From assembly GCA_051294905.1 (NCBI GenBank), contig CM119383.1, positions 11,532,001-11,596,000 on the forward strand: a DNA stretch of 64,000 bases. Direction: 5' to 3'. Origin of the DNA: Botryllus schlosseri. Its lineage: Eukaryota. Of the stretch, positions 1 to 9,798 are shown piece after piece; position 1 is the stretch's first letter; each line of letters opens with the position of its first letter. Under the pieces are notes generated by a model. It saw only the letters and a program-made list of their open reading frames with translations, was not told the origin of the DNA and did no database searches. The position numbers and the translations under genes are program-made.

Positions 1-626
1 TAATATCTTTGTCAAATGACGTAAATGCTCTGTAGATGCTTGAATGTTTGGATTCAGTTTTGGCGGTAGGCCTCTATGAAATCTCGGTTCATTTTTAGAT
101 ATAAATCCTGCATGACGAGAGGTTTTCTGCATAGAATAATTAAGTAAATAAACAGAAAGCTCTGCGTGACGTTGCCACCAATTCTACTCTGGTTGGTAGG
201 GTTCGCCGGAAAAAACTCGGGATTTCAATAAAATTCAAATAAGATCAAGTTAAGGTGTTACATCTTCTGTTATTCAAGGATATGTAGACACATAATTGAT
301 TGGTGGCTCGTATTGTCGTCAGTGTGATCACGTATAAATATTTTATAGCAAAGACTATGGCAACATCATTATAGGTTCTAGAATACATAGGCGATACTTC
401 AATAGTATACCTTTTCTTCAGTATCCTGCACCTTTGAAGCAACTGCAGCAAGAGATCTTCCGAACGATGTATGAACATGACGACCGCAGGGCCGGTGAAC
501 CTGAATAAGCACCAAATTACACAGCAGAAAAAGAGGCAAGAGGCATAGCCGAGATTACAGTCGTGCAAAACTTACGGTTGTCTTTCTACTAGACTCTAAC
601 ACGAAACGACGCAAAATCAAAGACAT
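1..626 (-). CDS. 5' part of a spliced gene running off the left edge, product unknown. Candidate exons 626/595-576, 500-411, 126-<1.
   Basis: Canonical sites on the minus strand: donor GTAAGT at 575, acceptor TTATTCAG at 501 (75-nt intron), donor GTATAC at 410, pyrimidine-rich acceptor ATTCTATGCAG at 127. Exon 126-1 is open to the edge only in phase 2 (KPLVMQDLYLKMNRDFIEAYRQTESKHSSIYRAFTSFDKRY). This joins the phase-2 reading of exon 500-411 (MFIHRSEDLLLQLLQRCRILKKR). Start codon ambiguous. Confidence 0.45.
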
Positions 627-989
627 GATGTGATTCTGTGGTATTTCGAAACTTCAAATGTAGACTTGAACGTAGTTCGAATGAAGACAACACAACAGAA
701 CCGAACCAAACAATCACCAACAAACGAATGACTAGAATGAGAACTGTCACGTTGCACTCGGCAATTCGACAACACTGATTGATCTGCTGATTGGCAAAGA
801 GGGAAATCACCATGAAATATCACCACTTACTAAATTATGATAATGTGCACGAGAAACATTGTTTGCAACGAGTAGTATCATTGAAGCCTGATCCAACCAT
901 GCTCCAATTATGATCCTTACACAGTCTATGTATCCTAAAATTGACCCCGCGTAAGTAAGTGGTGATATGTGTACTCGGTTGAGTGTCAT

Positions 990-1440
990 TAGGGTTACCA
1001 TATTCTGGAATCGGGAAAGGAGGACACTTATCAAATCATAAAAGCCATCAGGACATTCTCAGAAGCAGCACTTTCACGGGAAATTTAATTTATAATTCAA
1101 ATCTTTGATGCTCTCTTTTTTGATGGATACTTTCATCACCTAGGTCATGGTGCTCTGCTCTCAGTCTGAACGCAGACAGAGATATAGTCCTATATAAATA
1201 TATAAAGTTAATTTACCTAATATATATCATTGGTTTACCGAAATTGAAAACAGCTGATTTTGATATATTTACTACGAATCTTGTTTTGTCGACTAAAGAA
1301 AATGAACGTCTTTCGTGGTCGTTGGGTGCATTTTAGGCTAAAAAGTAGGACAAATTGTCAAATGGGGGACATTAGGACGAAGGGGGGACACTTCTTCAAA
1401 AAGAAGGACAAATCCTAAAGGATGACGCATGGTAACCCCA
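990..1440. mobile_element. Non-autonomous hAT (Tip100-like) MITE
   Basis: TIRs TAGGGTTACCATA (990) / ATGGTAACCCCA (1440). Subterminal AGGAC(A) motifs are shared with the element at 1684-2149. No TSD recognisable. Confidence 0.65.
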
Positions 1441-1568
1441 CATTCGTGGCTATGCTTTACATTCTATAGTGTCATCATAGCAATTTAAAACATTGTATGG
1501 TATCACAACTCTCGTGGTAATCCTTCAGATTTCTGACCACAGTTAAATTCACTAAGGAACAGGGGTGG

Positions 1569-2345
1569 AATTACTACTAAATAAATACAGTCCATCCTCA
1601 AGATTACCGGACCACGACTGACATATCGATCTCGCTTTCCATGACATGCCGCCTTATTTCTTGTCGCTTTCTTTTTCCTATACTAGGCTTACCATAATTT
1701 GGAAATCTAAAAAGAGGACACTTTTTCAGAAATTTGAGACTTGCAAAACCGGAGAAGAATTCTCAAAAATCGGTGAATTTTTCCCACTTTGTGATCGGTT
1801 GACTAAAAAAAGGTCAACTTTCCGCTCAGAGCTCAAAATACCGTTTTCTCTCCACATTGCTAGGTGGTTGACTAAAAAAAGGTCAACTTTCACACTCAGA
1901 GCCCAAAATACCGTTTCTTCCTCCACATTGCCGCGGGGTGGTTGACTAAAAAAAAGGACAACTTTTCGCCCAGCCGGCCGGAGCGTCACTTCTGTACTAA
2001 TTTACGGCATATCACTTGCATTCTGCTCTCTGCTCTAAATATGACCTAAATTTTCAAAAAAGAGGACAAAAGGGCGTCCTCCGAGGACACTTTCAAAATA
2101 GTCAAAAAAGAGGACAAATCCTCTTAAAAGAGGACGTATGGTAACCCTATTCTACACTATCTTCTTTACCCTTTATCTTATTCAGTGTGCATGCCTCCTC
2201 TTTACATCGCCTAGGCCAAGGTGGGTGTCTGATTCCATCGACTACTCCAAGTCGCTTCGACATCTTCCTGTCTTTTCATTGTATCGCATTTTTGTGGTGG
2301 ATTGAACTGATAAAAATTACTAATAAACCAATGATGATGATGATG
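1569..2345 (+). mobile_element. 3' tail of CR1/L2-like LINE, interrupted by a hAT MITE at 1684-2149
   Basis: 1569-1683 plus 2150-2345 aligns with 8920-9247. It ends in AATAAACCA(ATG)n. Confidence 0.8.
1684..2149. mobile_element. hAT (Tip100-like) MITE with an internal ~70-bp tandem triplication
   Basis: TIRs TAGGCTTACCATA / TATGGTAACCCTA. Degenerate 8-bp TSD TCCTATAC / TTCTACAC (6/8). Units starting GGTTGACTAAAAAAAGG at 1797, 1866 and 1940. Confidence 0.8.
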
Positions 2346-2390
2346 CTACCACCGTATCCGACACCACTCCTCCGAGTTGGTCTTCGATCA

Positions 2391-2606
2391 TAATATGGGG
2401 GAGGGCGCCATATCATGATATTTTCTAAATCGGGGTGTTCGAGTAAACATAGGATTAGTATCGCATTCCCATCAACGCTATCATTTTCATCTCATGATGC
2501 GGACGAATGCTGATGCTATCGAAAATTTATAGGCCTACCTTCCGAGATGCAATAATATGAATCCAGCTCTGCACCTTCTTCATAGCTCAATTTGCAGCTT
2601 TTGACA
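2391..2606 (+). repeat. ~210-bp dispersed repeat, copy 1 (copy 2 at 4972-5181)
   Basis: Colinear similarity from TAATATGGGGGAG through GGATTAGTATCGCATT, ATGATGCGGACGAATGCT and GCTCTGCACCTT to CATAGCTCAATTTGC..TTTGACA. Confidence 0.75.
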
Positions 2607-3205
2607 TTTTTTAAATATTTTTACATAATAAATATATATATTAATTATATTATAATAAATAGAAACATTCTTCTCCTGTAGCAATGCGGCTACTGGTGGG
2701 AATTGAACCAAATTTGGTACGTAGGCTTAAATACAGAGGTGGTCAGTAACGAAGGACTTATATTTTTTCGAAATACTCAAGTAGTTTTCCTCTACTTCTG
2801 GTACTTACTCAAGTAGATTTGATTTTCGCTACTTCTACTTCGTAATATTTTGTGATCCACTTACTTACTTTTCGCTATTTTCAGTTTGTCAAGTAGAAGT
2901 AGTTAAATCCACCAATCAGGAAGATAGCATTTCGGGGCTGTTTTCACGGAATATCAACATTTAATTTTCATAAAAGTTGCGTAAAGCCCAGAATTTTCAT
3001 CGCGCTTCGCGCTCAGTCGATGATACGAAGTAACCATTCTGATTTCACGATGGTATCGGTGAATATAATTTGGGTAGCGGGTGGGTGTGGTTCCATTCAC
3101 ACCACATTGTCGCCCTTCGCCCATATGAAATATCTCATCACAGTATTATATATTTGACTCATCGTAACGTTTGAAACCGATGTTTCGCAATCTAGTATTG
3201 ACCTA

Positions 3206-4583
3206 GGGGAGACCGGGGACAATTGTAACACTTTTCGTATTTTCCAGCATTACGTGTTTTTCTCGTGGAAATTTCACTTCCAAAGTTTTTTATAAAGAAG
3301 CCAGCAACTCGATAGTTGATATGAAAACTAAATTGGAACTCAATCAACAATCAATCATAGAAATTTTGGGTCGCAAAAATCGCTATGCTCAAATGTTACA
3401 ATCGCCCCGTACCCAGGGGCAATTGTACCACCCTTGCGGGGCAATTGTAACAGTGTTATTTATAACTAAACACAAACTAAATGAACAACGAAAACGGAAG
3501 CACAAATTATAACATTGCATGAAACTAAAGGAAGAGACGTTTGAGCGCTTCTAGGCTACGCCCCATCGCATTTATGGCATCTGAATGCAATATCACCCTT
3601 CGTGTCTTGTTCAAGCTTAAAGTGTACAAGAGACACATTTATTCCATCATCTCCCTACACATATTCGGCTTCTTTTACCAAGGTTCTGTTGTTAAGCGGG
3701 CATAATGGGTTGGTCATTCGGTCACCTGCGAAGGTGCGAAACCGACCTGGCTAACATATCTTGGTTGAATGGGCCGATGATAGTATAGTAAAACGAGGAC
3801 GCAACATTGTGTGGCGTCAAAGCTATAATGACATTTATCTGTGCTGTAGAAAATTAACATAAATTGTTCACATCAAATATCAAAATGTAAGTGGGCCATG
3901 ATCAAAGTCAGAGGACGAGAATTAAGTCATGACTATTGAAGTTCGACACACCAAAAGTCGATCAATATGAGAAAGGGTGGTTGAATCACGAAAATAACCG
4001 AACCGTCAGATTCACATCACCACTATTGTATGGACGTTTCGACAGATGATAATGTTAGAATTGGTATCGCAAGGCAGTATCTGTTCTGGTGAACTTCTGT
4101 CTGTTGCAAGATTATTCGGCAGTAGATGAATGGTAATACCAACATATGAACAAAGACTTTCAGAATTGATAACATATTGTAACGGGGCAAAAGTAACAGA
4201 GTGTTACGATTGCCCCTGACACGCTCGACCATGATTAGTGTCTTAGTATGGTACCTTCCCGGTGATGCAAGTCCTATTCTTTCTATCACCACGGTAGACT
4301 ATAGTAACATTGTTCCAGCTACACATATTACGTTGTAACTACTTGAGGTACTATTCGTCTAGACAAATTATTCCAGACCAGAAAAACTTTACTCAAGGGT
4401 CAGAAATTTCGTTTTTTGCAAATTTTTCCGGGGTTTCGCATCGTAGCTCAACGTAACTCCAGGTATAATAGGAGAGATAACTACTGCATGCACACTTGAA
4501 ATATCAAGCTGATTTCTCCATCCTACTAGCGGTGAGGTCGATTGTTACATTTGCCCCTAGTTACATTTGTCCGCGGTCTCCCC
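3206..4583. mobile_element. Non-autonomous TA-flanked DNA transposon (Tc1/mariner-pogo type ends), 1378 bp
   Basis: TA|GGGGAGACCGGGGACAATTGTAAC ... GTTACATTTGTCCGCGGTCTCCCC|TA. Internal GGGGCAATTGTA(A/C)CA-type repeats at ~3417, ~3438 and ~4184. No intact transposase ORF. Confidence 0.8.
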
Positions 4584-4971
4584 TACTTATTGTAATCTAG
4601 CAGTTCATGAAGTGTCCTAATCTGGAAAATTGGACTCTGACTTTCATTTTAGTTTTAGATCTGTTTTAGCACACCACTTTTGAAATTTTCTGGACTAAAG
4701 ACATGAAATACATTTTCCGCTTTTAGAAGTAGTATTTATATTTCACTTTCAATTCCCCGTATCATATACTTTAAGTTTTAATTAATATCAGTTCTTTTTC
4801 CTGGATAACATACATGTTGAAGTATAAAAGCAAGTGGATTAATGCCTTTAGTTTCCGGAAATAAAGCTACACAATATGGCATGTTTACCACCCACCATAT
4901 CGCGTAAAGTGTTTACACCGTATCCTATACAACTTCCTGGTATTGTTCTTCAGCTAAAGCTACGGGCCTTA

Positions 4972-5181
4972 TAATATGGGGGAGTGCGCCATACCATGAT
5001 ATTCTAAAACGTGCTGTTCGATTAAACAGAGGATTAGTATCGCATTTCCATATCAATACTATCATTTTCATCCATGATGCGGACGAATGCTTATGCTGTC
5101 GAAAATTGAATACCTCCTGGCATGCATCAATATGAATCAAGCTCTGCACCTTTCGCATAGCTCAATTTGCGCTTTTTGACA
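4972..5181 (+). repeat. ~210-bp dispersed repeat, copy 2
   Basis: Colinear with 2391-2606. Confidence 0.75.
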
Positions 5182-5489
5182 ATCCATGCGAACGAATTAC
5201 GATCATTTTCACAACTACTTACTTACTTGAGTAGATTTAAAGTCAGTCAATTCTACTTCTACTTCAAGTAGTTTTAGGTTGCTTATGGAAGAAGTACTTC
5301 TACTTGTACTTGAGTAGATTTTTCCGTCGCTACTTCTACTTCTACAAGAGTAGTTTTCTTGACTACTTTGATAACCTCCTGCTTCAATTACGGAACCTAA
5401 CAATTTTATCAAGTAATAGCCAGTGCAATTTGAGAAAAAAGTCAATTTTGAACACCCCTAACGTACAGTCGCCTAACTCTCAAAGCCAT

Positions 5490-5607
5490 AAAAGAGAGGA
5501 CGAATTGCGAAAAAGAGGATATTTGGGCGCAGCTTACTCGGGAGGACATTTTACATTTCTTGAAAAAAGAGGACAAATCCTCTTTGAAGAGGACATATGC
5601 CCTAGAT
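5490..5607. mobile_element. Right end of a Tip100-like hAT MITE (same family as 1684-2149)
   Basis: AAAAAAGAGGACAAATCCTCTTTGAAGAGGACATATG-CCCTA matches 2105-2149 with GTAA missing from the TIR. Confidence 0.55.
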
Positions 5608-6968
5608 CAGGGGTTCTCAACCCGCGGCCCGCGGGCCGCATGCGGCCCGCAGAGGTTTATTTTGCGGCCCGCGACACCTTTCATCATGAACGCAATTATT
5701 ACTGACACGATATTGTTACATATTAATTTAGCTGCTTAGCTATCTTATCGCACCGTCTCTGTTTCATTTGATTACTCATTTTTGATGTGTTCTGGTTTCT
5801 TGATATATGCTCGAGTTTCGATTGTTATTGTTTTGAATCTGTATTCGGTTGACTCTGGTTCAAGAGAATCCCTCTACGTAGTACACTATTTAAAGAGTGT
5901 TTCACTCACCGCGAATGGCTTGAACAGAAACAAGAATAAGGAATGGCAAATTAAACGACGAACACTGGGTTTGTAACTCAGCGTGGAACAATGAATTTGC
6001 TTTCTTAGATATAAATGGAAAACCGATGTGTCATATTTGTCGAAAAACAGTTTTCGTAAGGCGTAACGAAGCGTTGAAGCTCAAAATTATACCACGACAG
6101 TTTTGTCTGGAGTTATAAATATCGCCTGATATTAGAAAAATGTTGCCAGCTAGGTGTCAAGCCCATAGCAATCCATATTTTGAAGCATTGTAAAATTGCC
6201 GACGACGTTGCAGACACATCGTTCAAAATTGCTGGGAATATCGCAAAACCCAAGAAATCTGCTAGCTAAGCTGTGATTTCAATAAAACTGTGCTAGTATT
6301 CGCTGTTTCCGGAATTTAGCGGCAATGACAACATCACCTGACATATTCCGAAGCTGCAGTTGTCTGATTCAACCGTGACCAAATGAGTAACAACAATGTC
6401 AGTCGATCTTTTATCGCATGTTCTGAAACACGTTGCCGCCTAGACTACTTTAGCCTAGCATTGGACGAATTCACCGTCTCCACAGACACTGCATAGCTAA
6501 TTACCCGGGTGCATTTTATCAGAGTGGACATATTTGCAGAGGAAATGCTGGCTGGGCAAACGTGGGAGGGTGACCAGCGGAAATACATCAACTTGACAAA
6601 GCTAACTTATGTGACTAATGGTGCAGGGCCCCCGCTATGGAATGAAAAGAGAAGGGTTGATCGGTTTGCTCAGAAATGACCCCGAACGCCAGACTTCTTC
6701 TTATATCACTGAGAACTTAATGTGATAATGGCCTCTGTTACGAAAAAGTGACCGTAATTTCATACATGCTCGCTCACGCTTTGAAGCAGAGAGTTCGGTT
6801 CTCTGGTGGAAGGGTTTAAGGCCAGCATACGACTGGTAAATAGGCTACAGTAGCCTTAATTTCATAGTAACCCACAAATACATGGTAATGGTAATAATGT
6901 TCTGCGGCCCGCAGCGTCTTTTGCCGTTAAAATGCGGCCCGTTATACAAGGGAAGTTGAGAACCCCTG
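5608..6968 (+). mobile_element. hAT-Charlie type deletion derivative, 1361 bp
   Basis: TIRs CAGGGGTTCTCAAC / GTTGAGAACCCCTG. Perfect 8-bp TSD CCCTAGAT. Subterminal GCGGCCCGC motifs. A broken reading ~5950-6100 (NSAWNNEFAF..NGKPMCHICRKTV) resembles the Charlie/SPIN transposase N-terminal zinc-finger region. Confidence 0.9.
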
Positions 6969-7859
6969 CCCTAGATAGATCGGTGTCATGTCATCAGTAG
7001 GATTCTACGATGTTCCCTTTCTATCTTCAGATATAAGATAAAAAAGTCGAATAAGATATTTATACTGAAATACCCGAATATTTTCGGCTGACACTCATCA
7101 GGGTCACACCAGGGACACTCATCATGACGCCACCGGCATCAAATTTTAAATAATCTAGCAGAAGAAATCGCTTAAGATCGATGTAACCTCCTTCCGCTGG
7201 CACAAACTAGATTGGCGTAATTTGATAAAAGTTAACTCCAATAACAGTCACACTATTGAATGTGTAAATACACTGAATAGTCACATTCGATAGTCACACA
7301 AATGGAAGTGTGAACTGCCTCTCTCGACGACGCGAAATCTGCAGTCTCGATATTTTTCCCACAAACAGAATCAACCAACAGAGAGTCTTTATTTTTCCTC
7401 TAACCAAAATACATAATAAATAGACGTCAATGATGGTGGTACAGAAAATAATGCATGCACTATTGCATAGTATTCTGTATCAGAAAGGAATGATTGATAC
7501 GACCGTGAAGGTCAACTAGTATGATAACACAAATGTTTGTCAATGTCAGAATTAATGGCCTTTGCCTGTTCTGAATCAAGGATCAGGGCATGAGTCAAGA
7601 GCGAGCCTTTCCCGAGCGTGATACCACTGTTCTGCTTAATCTAGGGAGTAGGGGCATGCTGTTTTATGCAGATGCAGTCCTGCAAACGTTATGTCGTTCC
7701 TCCCACGTAGCCACAATCACAGTGAAGTCCGATGAAGAGCGTCTTTACGTGTTGCAGCCCTTGCAGGGTTGTCGTTGCGGAGCCGTTGTCTCTCTCTCTT
7801 TCTCATCTGTATATTACGTGATTTATGTCTTTCTTCTCGTACCACGTGACTGACCATTT

Positions 7860-8136
7860 ATCATCATCATCATCATTGGTTTATTAGCAATTTTATCAGT
7901 TCAATACACCACAAAAAATGCGATACAATGAAAAGACAGGAAGATGTCGAAGCGACAAGGAGTAGTCTATGGAATCTGACACCCACCTTGGCCTAGGCGA
8001 TGTAAAGAGGAGGCATGCACACTGAATGAAAGTAAAGAAGATAGTATAGAAAAAGAATGCGACAAGAAATAGGGCGGCATGTCATGGGAAGCGAGATCGA
8101 TAGGTCAGTCGTGGTCCGGTAATCTTGAGGATGGAC
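7860..8136 (-). mobile_element. 3' tail of CR1/L2-like LINE
   Basis: Reverse complement of 8946-9247, with the (CAT)n tail at 7860-7876. Confidence 0.85.
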
Positions 8137-8284
8137 CCGTGGCCCGTGCATTTGAATTAAAAGCCAGACATCCTACTGTATATTCCATGCCTATCGACCA
8201 CTATATCTATCTGAGGCAATACTGTCGTTGCGTTCACGTTGAAGTTGTCAGATCAAGGACTAACGCAAGGAACGAGTGTCTACC

Positions 8285-8615
8285 TATAGAATGTAAACAT
8301 GGAATGGCAACGACCGATTTTGCAGCTTCGTTCCGCTTCGCTGAGGCTGTATTCAGAATTGTTTTCGCGTAAGCGACTGTAGGATTTCTGGCAATCTTCC
8401 AGAGCGCAGAATTTACTTAATCTATCTTTTTGGAATCAGTGCAACAGTAGCTTTGGATCAAGACCAGATTCAGTAAATTCTGCGCTTTGGAAGATAACTT
8501 TTGGATTGCCAGAAATCCTACAGTCGCTTACGCAAAAACAATTCTGAATACAGCCTCAGCGAAGCGGAACGAAGCTGCAAAATCGGTCGTTGCCATTCCA
8601 TTTTTACATTCTATA
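8285..8615. mobile_element. Palindromic (foldback) MITE, 331 bp, 7-bp TSD
   Basis: Ends TATAGAATGTAAAC / TTTACATTCTATA. Arms are near-perfect inverted repeats of ~130 bp. Flanked on both sides by GTCTACC (8278-8284, 8616-8622). Confidence 0.85.
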
Positions 8616-8639
8616 GTCTACCACTGCGAGCTATAAGCA

Positions 8640-9247
8640 TTATCTATACCCAGCCACACTACGTGGAGCTCAGGTTACAACTCTAGCAGGTTATCAGACG
8701 ACACGCACCTTCCATATGGTGCCCCTACTGACCGCAAAAATCAATAATTTTTTTCAAATCGGGTGGAAATAGGACCAACCATCGCATATGATCGACCGAA
8801 AAGATCATCGCTCGATCAAATATGCCGGACCTGATGTGTTGAACAGTATCCCGCCGGCTATCCGACAGTCGACGATGAGCATGAACAGCGTACTGTACAC
8901 ATTCAAGTCGAAATACAAGCAATTACTACTAAATGAATACCAGCTGTCCATACTCAAGATTACCGGACCACGACTGACCTATCAATCTCGCCTTCCATGA
9001 CATGCCACCCCATTTCATGTTGCTTGCTTTTTCCGATACTATCTTCTTTAGGCTACTTTTCATTCAGTATGCATTGTGCAATTGTGCATGCCTCCTCTTT
9101 ACATCGCCTAGAGGCCAAGGTGGGTGCCTGATTCCATAGACTACTCCAAGTCGCTTCGACGCCTTCCAATCTTTTCATTGTATCGCATTTTGTGGTGTAT
9201 TGAACTGATAAAAATTGCTAATAAAAACCAATGATGATGATGATGAT
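8640..9247 (+). mobile_element. 5'-truncated CR1/L2-like LINE (end of ORF2 plus 3' UTR)
   Basis: The ORF at 8788-9000 contains SIKYAGPDVLNSIPPAIRQS..FKSKYKQLLL, typical of the CR1/L2 ORF2 C-terminus. The 3' UTR ends ATAAAAACCA(ATG)n. Confidence 0.8.
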
Positions 9248-9798
9248 ATGGATATTGGTTAGGTAGGCTCTCGATGCAGCGGTTGATGACGAATTAAGGG
9301 CTACCGTTATCAATTAAGATTTTGCGGATATTGTCAAGCAATAAACTCGTCAGTTCGTTACCCGAATATAAAAATTGAGGAAATTGATGACTGAATTTGA
9401 ATAATTATTATATTCATTGTCGTGCACAAATGCAGAACATATTTAGATGAAACAGAATTCGTAGTTAGTATATACAATTTTTTCAGATTTCTGACCTTTA
9501 ATTAACTTCAATCAGAGAAGGAAAAGGAAAAGAGGAGAAGCGCACACAATCCTCAGCCTCACAGTTATCTGCTTATCTATTGTCTTTTTATAACAATGGA
9601 AATAATTTCATTTCATGGTTGAGCGCCAATGTTTATACACCGTAGCGTGGTATCCATAGCTATAGCTGAAGCCATGAATGAAACATTGTTTGAGCTAGTG
9701 TGAGTGTAGTTGTCTTCCCATCGATAACAGCTCGATTTGGACGCGTCTCTTTGCGGAGGCAGGGCGTTTGAAGCGAAATAGTTCATGCTGTCGTGAGG

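Larger units (their letters stand above)
2734..5381. mobile_element. TACT/AGTA-rich hAT-like element, split by nested insertions
   Basis: Left end CAGAGGTGGTCAGTAAC followed by TACT-rich sequence (2734-2910). TACT-rich right part 5210-5381 ends TTGATAACCTCCTG. Flanks CTTAAATA / CTTCAATT (6/8) fit an 8-bp TSD. Confidence 0.5.
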
